A DNA stretch of 63,864 bases, counting the filler, from Klebsormidium nitens (lineage: Eukaryota > Plantae > Klebsormidiophyceae), in assembly GCA_000708835.1 (NCBI GenBank). It is 6 parts of 6 records of this genome, joined end to end, with 100 filler letters (N's around TTAATTAATTAA, not from the genome) between each part and the next. Parts side by side here need not be neighbours in the genome. Positions count along the whole stretch, not along the records: positions 1 to 24,561 come from DF237850.1; 5 more parts are not named here. One strand, written 5' to 3'. Below are positions 1-12,100 of this stretch, piece by piece. The translations under genes and the position numbers were made by a program. Under the pieces are notes generated by a model, which worked only from the letters and a program-made list of their open reading frames with translations, ran no database searches and was not told the DNA's origin. Position 1 is the first letter of the stretch; the number at the start of each line of letters is the position of its first letter.

Positions 1-119
1 ATATATCTCATACGGAGAACTTGCCAAACACCCGAGCAGAGTATCGAGCGAAGGCAGAGTACATGGGACACGCGCTGTCAACGGCCATAAACCATTACGA
101 GCGTCGGTTTTCACGTTGA
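1..119 (+). CDS. C-terminal end of a tyrosine recombinase (truncated by window start)
   Basis: Frame from nt 3 reads ISHTENLPNTRAEYRAKAEYMGHALSTAINHYERRFSR*, stop TGA at 117-119. A..MGH..ST...HY matches the second His and catalytic Tyr motif of tyrosine recombinases. Too short for the ORF track. Confidence 0.6.
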   Translation, partial: ISHTENLPNTRAEYRAKAEYMGHALSTAINHYERRFSR

Positions 120-1338
120 TCCGCAATTTTCAATCGGTGCGCGTTTTGTACTCAGGAGAAATTTTCTGCACTCGGAAGTAAGTAACAGCAGTTGCCGCAT
201 ATACAACATGTCTGGGGGTCCGGAGCCCCAGCCTCCAGATGCAAGTTCCAGCCAGCCCGGTAGTGCCACGTCAAAACGGTAGCCATTTACAAGAGAGTGA
301 CCCGGTCCTGGTCACTAGGCCTTAAATACCGTATACTCCGGACAGTACTTAAGGCTAAAAATCGAATAGCTGTCCCTCAGCCCTAAGTACTATACTGGTT
401 TTTCGACGTAAGTCAAACCGGGATCCGAACATTCCGGCGTACGTAATTCTAGCTTCGGACGTCCGCCCTACGGACTCAAATTTCCACGTGTCCCTTGACT
501 GGAACCCATGCCTAAACACGTGCCCTCATGTTCTCTCACTCTATAGCCTATAGCCTGAACTCGACTGAGGTCCTGACTCCAGACGCAGCACTTCACAACT
601 CACTTGTGCAAGGTAAGGGCGCCAGCAGGATTTGCGCATGTTTTCTACAAGAAGGCTGCCATTTGACGCGCTCATGTTATGTAGAATGCTGAGAGCACTG
701 CATTCTTACAAGTAGGCAGCTGACACTCATGAAGCCACCGTGAACTTGGGGTTGGACACCCTTGATTGACTTTGGCGCTGAGGAGCAAGCATGGCAGAGG
801 TGAATGCTGAAGCTCTTCCTCTTTTGCATGTTTGCAAGTCAGCAATTATTGGATGTTCAAAACATACCCAATGTGGGTCGAAATGTGTTCTGCACAATAT
901 TGGCTGCAAGGCAGGGGCGAATGCTCTCCCCTTTTGCTCATTTTGTGCCGGAAGTTAATGCTGGTGGCTAGGTGTGGTGCTTTGCTGCTAAATGAATGGG
1001 TAAGGTTCTGAAGTGGGTTGTGATGGTAGTGGTTATATACTTCACATTTCACAATATAAACTCAGTGTTCTTAGCAGACAAAGTATCCCTAAACTGGCAT
1101 GGCTTCCAAGAATGATGATGCCGTACAGGAATAGCAAAGACAGATGGCTCAAATGTAGGTGCAATGTTCAATGGTGTATTTTGTCTCCCTTTCTAGGTTG
1201 GGGGTACTCTCTAGGGGCCCCTTTTTGGAGCAGTCTCAACCGCGCCTGCCTCTTCTGTCTTTTAGCGCGAGTCTTACATATTTCAAGTGCTCAATCCGCA
1301 AATGTCCTTAATCTCTACGGGGCTACCAGCATACTATC

Positions 1339-2544
1339 TTAATCGGCTCCAAAGTCACCTTCCGAATGTCGACAGAGGAATGGTAGATTAAAGTTGCCAA
1401 GGTAATCTACCATTGGCTTTGGTTCTGCTGGCTGGGGATAGAGCACAACACGTTCGGTCTGATTGTTTGCCGGCACCGTTGGAGGTGTGCTCTGGTTAAT
1501 CCGTTTGAGTTGTTCCATCCTGTACTCATGGTCATATGCTGCCTGCTGCAGCTTTAGCTTCTCTTGCTCCAGACCCAGTTTTAACTGTTTCGTCTTGTAA
1601 CCCAGCTCCATCTGCTTCGTCTTTTCCCGTTCGATCTCTAGGCTATTGTCTTGAGCATCTGACATTGCTATATCCCTAGAAGTAGCTTGGCGGCACGCCT
1701 TTCGCATGAGGTTAAATAGCCTCTCCTCGGTCAGAGTCCCCGGCATGCAGGATGTCTCCCGTTGAACACTACTCCCAATCTTCAGAGGCTGTATGTTGTC
1801 CTTGATTTCTAGAATTTTGCGGAAAATATCCTCTGCTTTCTTCGGGTCATCTGCTTTCACCACATGGAGCAGCTCAAAAAAGTATGGCGGAGTGAAAGTT
1901 CGCTTGTGTGCATTGTATCGTGCCTTCAGATCTGTTGTCTGTCCGAATTTGCACAGTCGCTAAGGTTGTTGCTGGATAACTCCGATGTACAGGCACTTCT
2001 TCATATCATACGTCAGGAGACGTGCCTGCTCTCTGTCAATGCCCAACTGCTTCTTCTGCGTCAGCTCGATGCAGGCGTCTCGAATTGCGCGAAAGAACTC
2101 CCGCACCTTGTCGCCAATCTTGGTTGCCGCTAGCAGGGCAAAATGCTCGAAGGCTTGGGTAGTCATGTATTACTTGTCTACTGGGCGACCACCTTGGTGA
2201 AGGTTTTCATCCAGCACGGAGGCATTTTCAGACACCTGTCTAGAAAGCAAACTCCTCTCTCTTGTTACATTGTAGTCGACTCCTTCTTTAAAACGTCCAT
2301 TCTTCAGCTTTTTGCCTGCATTCGCTTTGCTACCGTATCCCAGAAACTTCCACGCACTGTCGAAGTCGATTAGAAACGTGTTCCTGTTGTCATTGAACGC
2401 TTTGATGAACATGGTTGCAAAGTTCTGATCTCCTTCAAACCTCACATCATGCATCGAAGGACGTGAGAGGTTCTGCCCTTGGCTGGTCTCTCTCGAGTAC
2501 ATGGCTTCCTTATACCACCTTCCCTCTAGGCTGACGGGTCCCAA
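1339..2544 (-). pseudogene. Virus-type AntA/MSV199-like DNA-binding domain + T5orf172 (GIY-YIG-like) domain + coiled-coil gene, interrupted by two in-frame stops
   Basis: ORFs 2170-2544, 1960-2166 and 1339-1863 share one frame. Read-through gives FLIDFDSAWKFLGYGSKANAGKKL...GGRPVDK*YMTTQAFEHFALLAATKIGDKVREFF...CLYIGVIQQQP*RLCKFGQTTDLKARYNAHKRTF...EIEREKTKQMEL. These motifs are typical of large-DNA-virus antirepressor-like/T5orf172 proteins. Confidence 0.7.
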
Positions 2545-2890
2545 ACCTCCGTTCTATGCAGAAACAGAACAAGAAAGAGGAGCCAGTAGAAGATGACAGT
2601 GCGACCATCGACGATGAGGTTGGTAATCAAGACTGTGTACTTCTGAGATCTACTTCCGCAGTGCTTGGTTTTTTCTGAGGCTTCTCCTCGAGAAGCTTGC
2701 ATCTCTGCCGAAGTCAGTTGCCTAGGCTTCAAAAGGCCTTGCTTGTATCATTCGATTTGGGTGCGCAAAGAACGGGCTCGATTCCGAAATCGGACCCCCC
2801 CGTGCAGGTCGTGCTGATCGATTCTACGCTCGATGACGACGCTGTTTCAGAGCCCAATGTTTGCCAGTCTCGGGTATGTTTTGCACTCAT

Positions 2891-3083
2891 ACTTTGTGAC
2901 CGTTGGAGCAACCGCTTGCTGAGGGCTTTTGATCTGTTTTCGTACTCTTTGACCGTTGGAGCAACCGCTTGCTGAGGGCTTTTGATCTGTTTTCATACTC
3001 TTTGACCGTTGGAGCCACCGCTTGCTGAGGGCTTTTATTCTGTTCTCATACTCTTTGACCGTTTGGAGCAACCGCTTGCTGAG
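2891..3083. repeat. 53-bp tandem repeat, about 3.6 copies
   Basis: Units start at 2891, 2944, 2997 and 3050. Consensus ACTCTTTGACCGTTGGAGCAACCGCTTGCTGAGGGCTTTTGATCTGTTTTCAT; no spacers. Confidence 0.95.
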
Positions 3084-4737
3084 CAACCAACGCAAGAAGA
3101 TGGATTGCGTTGAAATTCACGCAATGAATGGATGTAGTTTCTCGAACGTTCACCATCTGCGTCAAACATAGGTGGTGGGAATAGAAAAAGAGGAGCCTTC
3201 GACACGAGTACTATAACATAGCTTACACGATCTTCGAATTCGGGATCAGACAAACAATTGATTCATGTATGCCACTGGGAGCCTATGGCCCATGTGGGTT
3301 TGGCGTTCGAAAAGAAAACATCATGCACTCATTAAGTCAAGAAGCTTGAGCTCAAGTGCATGGCAAGCTAAGCCTTCATTTGGTGAGTGTCATATCATCA
3401 AAGCCGCACATGTAGCGCAGCTATATATGTTGGGCAGCCTGCATGGATCCATGACGAGCTACACTTGAATAAATTAAACATTGCTGTGTCACACAACATA
3501 TCTCCCGCAGACGTTGGATCCAATGTTCTGTCACGCACGCACGGTAAATTATGGCTTGCACGCCTTTGGCTGCACATATCCATTCATGCGCTCGCGACCG
3601 CGTCTTGGATCTGCATCCGCCGACGGTCATGCACAATGGATTCGTACCGCGGATGTTGCTGCAACACAAGCTAGACAACTCGGCCTTTGTCAATTGCCGC
3701 ATACCAAGGAAGGCATGCGTCCAGTATGTGTACACTAGGCTAGATGCCGAGATGATTTTCATCGATGCGGGCACCTCTGACTGGCAATGCGTCAAACATG
3801 GCACGATCTTACTAATGATCTGGTGTCTTGCGTGATGATTAACTGTCTCACGCGTGCCCGTGCATCGAAAGAGGATTGAGAGTCATGGTCTATTACGTCA
3901 TCAAAGCTTTGGAGAACAGACTTCGTGTGGGCAGAAATGATCTTCTAAACACAAGCAAAAGAAGAGGACTTCTATTCAAACTTCGTATCATGTTCTCTCT
4001 AAAAAGATATCCAGGCGTTCTCAAGAGCAATCTCATCAAGATACCTCAAACCTGGCGCTGGGTACACGGCCCGTGTCAAAACAAGTGTTGCAAACAAGGT
4101 GGTCTGGTGTGCATGATGTTAAATCTCTACTAGCTAGGATAAGGTACTTGACAAATCGTGCCGTAAGGTCATCTGGGCTCCAATAAGTGATCAATGCATG
4201 CGGTCAACACTAGTGGCTAACGAGAACAGGAGTACTCGACTAAGTAGTGCAATCAGAGCGCGATCAGGCGAGCCGTCTGGTTTTTGGGAGCTGACCTAGC
4301 CCTGAACTCGACCCCCTTCGACAAGAATCACCTGGTGCTGCCTGCGAGCGGTTGAAGAAGTGTGACTACAAGCAAAAAGTTGTTTTCAATCCTCAAGTAC
4401 CCGGATCCCTGACAATTAAACCTCTTCTTTGGAGATAGAGACCAAATAGATGAAGATCCGTTTGCGAGTAAGCAATTAAAACTTGTACAGAGACAACAAG
4501 TAATCATCTTTTTGATACACCTTGCTCAGTTTCATGAATCAAGTGTGCGAATCAAGCATCCCCGACCTGATTCCAACATACTAGATCAACAATGCTGGAC
4601 TTGAAGAGCCATATATTGCAAGAGGCCTCATAGCCAGCTTGAACGCTCTCCTTGAATAAAGTGGGTAGGTTGCAAGGGCGCTGAGGTCCACGATTGCTGG
4701 ATTTCTTGGCTGAAAGGTCGCCACTCTCCATCTCACC

Positions 4738-7700
4738 TTACAGCTTCAGTGCAACACGCGCGCCGACAAAAGCCCCAAGAACGAGTGCCGCGCCAAGTAA
4801 AACTTTCCGCACATGCCTCGGCTCCTGCAAAGAAGAGGACACAGCTTGAGAATACATCGCACCTCCAAATGATTGGTTCTGTGAACTGACGATATGTAAC
4901 AGAATCCAAGCGCAAACCCTTCGTTCTGAAACACTCACAGAAGTGGATTGGCATGCAGATTCACCCTACCATGCTCCTCATCCAATCATGCGGACGGCAG
5001 ACTTCGAAAGTGAATGACCTGAGGCACTCAAGAAGCTGGAATGCTTCTAAAGACATTTTGATCTGAACAAAGACGCCAGTACTCGATACACAATGCTTCC
5101 AGCTCTAGAAAGACTCAGCCACAAGCCTAGGCCTGGTTTCCTCCCTAACCTCTGGTGGCTGGTGCTCGAGTGCCTTGTCCTCTTTGCGCAGTATGGTGGA
5201 CGGCTCAGCTTCAGAAGCGTTTCCTGAAGTGAGGTGTGTAGGTTGTTGACCTAAGGTGTCGTCTGTAATATTGTCACCGTCAGCCACTCGCAAGCGACTC
5301 TCCTGTGCAACCTCGATTCCGCTCCGATCTTTGGTTTCCTCGAAAGATAACCTTCGATGGGGCGTTTGCTCTAGCGCTGTGGAGGACAGGGTCTGGTTTA
5401 ATTCTGTGCTAATCCGCTCCCCGCTCGACCGCCCCGCTTGACGCTCTGCATCTGTCTCCGCTGGTTTTCCGCAACCCAACGCCCCCACACTCGCCGCTGC
5501 TTTCCCCTCATCTTGATAACGGCTCCCTTCGATGGCTCCAAACGGAGTGCCGGGATCGAGCGGTGAGAGGGGTGACACTTGACCAATGGTTGAGGGAGTC
5601 TGCTGGCACGGCGCTTCAGCTAAGCCTTTCGGAGAACTGGGCCCCGAGCCAAATTGGAGTTCGTGCGAAAAGGTGGACTGAGTAGAGGTGGTGTTGATAG
5701 AAGAGGTTGAGTGGGGATCGGTGGCCTCCGACACTGAAGAGCTGCTCCCTTCAACCCCGAGCGTAGTAGGACTGAAGCCCGTCTCATATTTGCCGCCCTG
5801 AAAAGGATTTTTAGTCTTCATAGCATTCTTTGCAGGGAAGTGGTCTTCAAACGAAAGGCGGAGCAGACTGCCGTTCAAGGGTCATTAAGAACGCTGCTCC
5901 TGTCCTGCTCTGAATCATGAGCACAAAGTGCAGCACAGCTGCTCAGAATAGAAGTGAGGTAAACAGCAACATAGTCTCTTTTTAATAATCTCTTTTTGAC
6001 GGAAAACACTAAGGTCAGGGAGGACCACAGTAAGTCCAGGCACTACTACTCCGCTAAAGGAGCAGCAACAGGATTCTTCTTGGAAGGTCGGTGAAGCCAA
6101 CGGCACGTCCAGTCAAAGGCTGCTTTGCAGCACAAACTGACATATAATCCTCACCTCGGAACTGCCAAGAGATGGGGGAAAAGCCTTCAGTCTCTTCGAA
6201 GAAGAGGAATGCAGAAAAGCCTGCAAGTATAGCGAGATAGATCATGGAAAGGTAGAAAATCCACGAGTGTTTACAAACGTCTTTGTTGGACTGTCTGCTT
6301 GACACCTTAAGGTTTTCCAATAGCCTCAAACCCTTCTGCTGCAAAGCATGGATAGAGCTGGAGAGGAAAGCTCTGTAAAGTCCTACATAATGAAACAAGG
6401 ATGACAAAGCTTCATTTACGGGCCTTGCTCTGCACCCGGCAAGATCGATTCTGCTTGTTGAAGTCAATTGATTGCATTCCGTCAGTCTGGAAATCCCACC
6501 TTTGCTCGCAGGGGGGTGAATGCCTTCACAATCTCGTCTAGACTGGGGCGCTCTGTCGGTTCCCGCTGAAGGCAGCGCTCGATGAGCTGGAGCACAGTGT
6601 CACGATCCCCCTCCTCTGTCTCCGTGTATATGTCCTGAGGCACCTCAGGAAGCTCCCCCCTCCGGCCCACCCTGTACTTAACCTGGCGCTGTTGGAAGCC
6701 GTGGAAAGGAGGCCAGCCTGTAGCCATTTCAATGAGGATGCACCCAAACCCGTAGATGTCGGAGCGAAGATCCTTCACGCCCTGCAAAACATGCCATGCA
6801 GGTAAGCCGCAAGACAGCACTTTCCCCATCAAGCATAGTTAGACATTCAATCACCTTGAGCAGGCAGTTCCAAACTCCAACCGCTGCCGGCAACTTCACA
6901 ATCAAGGATGCAAGGATTGCCGATATGCACACAGGCAATAAGCAATACCTGCTTATCATGAGCACCATACCTCAAAAGGTAAAAGTCTTTCAACAACAAA
7001 GCTAAAGACGTCATTATAAGCTTCCTTTGAGAGCGAGCCGAGCTGAGCCATTCCTTGATTACCTTCCATGCCTCAGGAGCCATGTAGAAATGCGTCCCCG
7101 CCACAGAGACTCTGCTTGTGTCCTGCGCTTGTAAGCGACTTGAAAGCCCTAGGTCTATGATGAAGGGTTCGCTGGCGCCCAGCTTGAACATGATGTTCTG
7201 CAGACAGGAATTGTCCTCCAGCTCCGCTTGATGCAAGATCAGGCAAAGGGTTCAACAAAGTCGTTTCGAAGCAGAAAGACCACGAATGCTCCAACTTTCA
7301 TTGCATAAGAGCTTCAGAGAAGCCTTGCCGGAGCACACTCGTATAGTCAGCTGCTTCCAACCCCGTGCATGAGAGGGCCACAAGGATTCACTCCCTATTA
7401 TTAATTACCTGTTGAAAGATGGGCACAGACATATCAATCTCAAATGTGGACGTAGTGAGCCTTCTGTTTACCTCAGGCTTGATGTCTCTCATGAGGATCT
7501 TTTCATGATGCAGGCCGTTGAGAGCGTCTGCTACTGCCAACCCAACAGAGCAGAAGTCCAACCAGGGCAAGGGTTGGCCGCCAATCTTGTCCTTCAAAGT
7601 TCCTCCATCGTAGTAGTCCATGACGATCCCCACATCCTTTTTATCACTGGAACAAGCACAAGCTTCGCCTTTTGTAGCGTCTGTCACTACCACCAACGAG

Positions 7701-8379
7701 ATTGATCTTTTTGATCTTTTTCCAAGCACACAGCAGCCCCAGCATCTCCAGTGCACAACCTTCTGTTGCAGGGATACAGAAAGAATGCGGAAGCAGCCGG
7801 AGAAGCTCAGAAACATAGCATGCTACAAGCAGAAACAACACCCACCGGTAGATGCCATGGAGCATGCAGATTCGATGGCACTGGCTTCTTGCATGCTTCA
7901 GATTGAGAACTTCTGACAGGAAGGCTTTGACTTCTTGGCCTGTTCTGTTCAAACCATCCTTGAACAGCTTGAGCCCCACGGTGGTGCCACTGGGCAACCC
8001 CACTCCTTTCCTGGAGGAATCAAAGAAATAATAGGTGCTTTCAAGTGTCCACAGGATCTTGTCAAAACCAAACAGCATAAGGCTCTTCAGAAGGGTTGAT
8101 CACATGAAGATTGACACATTGCCCATTAGCAGCGGACTGATGCCATGGATACTGATTATATCTGAACAGCTCCACAATGGAGGTCAAGTTTCTTACAAAC
8201 ATGCTGACAATATGCCAATTCGGCTTGACTTACTTGACCAGTGTTACTGCTTTGTAGACCACCGTCTCAAAGCCTGGCCTCACGGAAACCTCCTCCTCCA
8301 ATCTCAGGTCAATCTCACCAAATAATGGCAGATCTTCGGTGACCTTATTGAACTCTTCAAGCCACAGTGGTTGGTCCAT
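4738..8379 (-). CDS. Multi-exon Ser/Thr (TKL-like) protein kinase with long S/T/E/P-rich tail and C-terminal transmembrane helix
   Basis: ATG at 8379 (MDQPLWLEEF...). Exons encode VGLKLFK, AFLSEV, VMDYYDGG, MRDIKPE|NIMF, IDLG, YMAPEAW, SDIYGFGCILIEM and RPSLDEI, joined by GT-AG introns. Low-complexity exon 5105-5878; terminal VLLGAALVLGAFVGARVALKL. The tail exon structure is approximate. Confidence 0.85.
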
Positions 8380-8586
8380 GTGACTTGAAGCAGCTCTCTG
8401 CCCCGACTTTGCACAAACAATCAGAACTTTTGGAAGACCGAAGAGTAGAAGGCCTGCATAATTGCAATCAGATACTTCTGCAGGTGCAATGGGCAGCCTT
8501 GCTCTTGAGAGTAGTACTCAACTCAGACACCTCTTTCGTCGATGAGCGAAGATGATGATGATGATGCCTCCGAAGTCAACTTCAAG

Positions 8587-8613
8587 ATCAATCAATCAAT
8601 CAATCAATCAATC
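8587..8613. repeat. (ATCA)n microsatellite in the intergenic region of the divergent kinase pair
   Basis: About 6.75 perfect ATCA units. Confidence 0.95.
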
Positions 8614-9196
8614 CTTTAAAGTCCCGTAGGAGCCATGGGTGGCTCATGAGACAAAATCTGAATACGGTATGTTCTCAATCCTAAATGCGTCTCGAATAAG
8701 CAACCCTAGCAACCTTTCGCTGATTACTTTGCCCTATGAAGATGCGTAGACTGCGCGGAGGATGCTCTCCGATGTATGCATGCATGCATGTTTGGGCTGC
8801 TGACAATGACCTAGGGGTCATCCAGTGTTCCACTTTGCCTTTGGGTGAAGTCGCATGCAAGAAAAGGCTCGAAGTTGGAACTGGAGGTCGGAGCCCTACC
8901 TGCTAGATGCAATATTATTCTGGTAACTCTAGCGAGGATTTAGGGCAGCGTGGGATAAAATAAGACGCCCGGGAGACGGGTAGGGTTGGCCCGGTGGTTA
9001 GGGGGGTACGGGGTGCCGAGCAAGTGTTTATTCTAGGTTAGGGTTATGATCCTTGTCACCCGGGCGATTCATATCCTGTTCCACGCTGCCCTTATTCCAT
9101 GCTAGAGTATAAATACTGAACACTGTCGTGATTTCCCTTCTCAACACGGTTCTACGGTATACCAACACAAAAAGATTCAAGGCGACGGAGATTAGA

Positions 9197-12100
9197 ATGC
9201 ATTCTATCGACGCCATGGCGTCGATTCTGGGAGTCGTCACGGGTGTCATTGGGATTGTCGACTTTGCCATCAAGCAGGTGACAAAGATCTCCGAGCTGGT
9301 CAAGGAGCCCAAGAAAACAATTCGCAAATGCAAGGAGTTCGCGGATGAGCTGGTCCTTACAGAACCTCTGCTGCAATACATCAAGGAGTATTTCAGAGGA
9401 GTCCCGGCCGATAGCGCAACCATGGGCATCCTGGTGATTCTTTCTCAAGCGATCTGGGATGCCAGAGTCACAATCGAGGAGGTCCATCATCTTTCGACCT
9501 GGAAAAGATATCGCCGGGCAAAGGCCATTGGGGCGAACCTTGAGCGCTGCATAATCCGTGAGAATCCCTATCACATGGATCCTTCCATCCAAGAAACACT
9601 GCACAGATTGCAGCCTGGTCTGTTTTTTGAAGTTCACCATAATCTGCTGATCAGGCAAGGCTGTTAACGTCTGGATCCGAAGTCTGCCCAGATGAGAGCA
9701 CCAAGAAGCGCTGGATGGAGCTTATTCTTGTATACAGGATTACACCTTCAGTCACAGAGCTGTAATCTGGTCTGAGCCCTCTCTAATTCCGCTGTCGCCT
9801 GCTTCCAGCACATCATGAAGGTGCTTGAAGCTGCATTGATCTGCCCCCCGTGGTGATTTTATGTGCAGAGTATCGCGCCGCTCTGGATCGCCTGGTGCTC
9901 CTGCAGACCTTCAGGACGATGATCTCTGTTGATGCGCTGCGTCAGCTCAACGGCAGCAAGGAGAAGTTGAAAGCTCTCGAGAAGGAAGTGAAGAGCATTC
10001 ATTCTGAGCTGGCGGAAGTCAGCAGCTCTTTCTCAGCAATGCCTGATGTGTTGGCTGATTCAGCACCTCGGTCAGGTCAGATTAAGGAGAGGCTACAACA
10101 AACCCAAACTGTTGCGGAGCTGCAAGCCAAAGTCAAGGAAATACAGCAGAACCCCAGACTTGTGAAGGCGCTACGAGTGCTGGGCTTGACTGACGAGAAT
10201 TCATCTGCCGAGTTGGAAAAGCTCCAGCAGTTGCTGCGGGACGAGAAGCTCCGTGAGTTTGATGATGAGTATTTGGAGCCTGTAGAGGATGCAAACAAGC
10301 TGGTGTTCAGGAGCAAAGACACGGAATTTCAACGGTTCAGATTGAAGAAAAGGTAAGGTGCTTACTTGCACTCCTTCCACACAGTCGGTTTCAAGCCATC
10401 GCTCTTTGGGATGGTGGAGGTGCCAGCCAAAGTCTTCCCACACCATCTGTTGTCTTGGTATTGGCATCTTTAAATGCCACTGAAACCAGAGGTAGTGAAG
10501 GTCAACCCTTGACAACCTTCAAATCCATGCTGGTTGGAGAAAGGATAGGCAAGTCAAGCAACAGTGAGCTAAATGCAAGCCATCTGCAAGCCAAGCCAAG
10601 TGCAAGCTATTGGGCCCCTTTCTGCTGTCCATAGCCCACAGCTTTGGCCTGACTTGTAGCGTTTCTCAACCTCAATGATGTGAAGATGTGCTACATGTCT
10701 GCTGACAGACTGCATGCTTCTCTCTAGAGGTTGTGATGCGAATCCCTTGGCTTACCTGGCCATGTTGTTGCTTGATGGAAACTAATCGACACCGGATTGT
10801 GTGTGCAGTGTGGATCTCTTGACCGAGGGCACTCTGGTCATGGTGAAGTTCTTCCTGGGGGCTGCTACAAATGCAAGGGGCGACGAACTGCGGAACTTTC
10901 GGATCCAAGTGCAATATCTACAATGGGTCGCATCTCAAGGCAACACCTGCAAAATTCTTGGTTTTTACAGGTGGGTGCCTTCTTGAAAGCAATATTCCCA
11001 GTTCAGGAGTTCACAAGTGTGGGGCAACCTTTATTTCTGCCCAAGCTATCTTCGGATGAGGTCTTCAACATGTGTTTGCTTGCTGACAATACAGTAATGC
11101 ACACTACCCTTGATGAGGTTTCCGTACTTGTAGATTCATCCGGTACCTGAAAACAGTTCTCACCATTTCAAGACAGGCCGTTGCACTTATTCTTTTGGGG
11201 CCTATTGCATGTGCCTGTTATAGAAAGGATGAACGCTAGACTGGACTTGATCTCTGGCACTGAATTGGCTGTTGACAGGAGGAGGCACGACTTCGGCATT
11301 GTGATGAAGAACTACGAGGGCTTTACCCTGGAGAGTCGCATCCGCGAGGGAAAGCTCCAGAGATCCGAGTACCTACATGTGGCCTACCTCTTGGCTCAGA
11401 CAGTGGACGTGCTGCACAATGCAGGCTTGATCATCGGCGACCTTTCTCCGCGGGTGAGACTCGGTCTCTAAGCCAAAGACTGTCCTTTTAGACCATTTTG
11501 CATGCATCCCCTGGTTGATGCTTTTCCCAAGCCAAAGACTTCAAGGTCTTGCAAGCGTTGACCCTGACAATCTGCATTTTTGGGCGTTTAGTGCAGCTTC
11601 AAATCAGTCTCAAGCAAGTATTGAGTTGCTGGGCTGAGGCGATGGCCCTCCCCTTTGCAGGGCATCTTTCTGGAATTCAACATGCGGCCTGTGATTGCCG
11701 ACTTTGGCCTGTCCAGAGTAGCCGCCATGTCGTTCATCAGCTTCAGTGTTGCGACTGCTGAGGAGAAGGACGTGGAGCCCTACCTAGCACCTGAAGTATG
11801 GATGGTGAGTGGGCTTGAAGAAAGGCATTATTTTTTTCTTGGACGTGTATGCGGGATGCCACCTTCTATTGCTCGCAAGACCTTGCAGAAAATCTCCCTG
11901 CCATGATGGTCGCCTTCTTGAGGAGGATTGTCAATCTCGAATTCAAGGATCTGGATAATTTGCTTTGTTTCTGGTGCTTGACAAGTTCTCTTTCTCCTTT
12001 GTATCATGTTCTCTTTCAGCGCCCTGATCCGTGTCGTGAGTGCTTTTGCTTGTTCAAGTCCCTATGATGATTGATATTCAAGGAGGCAATGACTCTAATC

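Noticed and set aside
2891-3083. Possible CRISPR array
   Set aside because: The units are contiguous near-identical 53-mers with no unique spacers, and there are no cas genes.
3265-4133. Short ORFs between the virus-like block and the kinase
   Set aside because: Possibly decayed coding sequence, but no recognisable motif and many stops.
551-4312. Shared TAGCC(C)TGAACTCGAC at ~551 and ~4297 as possible element ends
   Set aside because: The similarity does not extend beyond about 15 bp and there is no TSD; could be chance.
5640-5670. LQFG in the kinase tail as a RHIM-like motif
   Set aside because: It deviates from the (I/V)Q(I/V)G core and lacks the surrounding Asn/hydrophobic pattern; a single weak match.
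6054-6467. Hydrophobic segment WIFYLSMIYLAILAG suggesting an internal TM helix in the kinase
   Set aside because: It lies in probable intron sequence and a different frame from the likely exon (AFLHSSSSKRL...).
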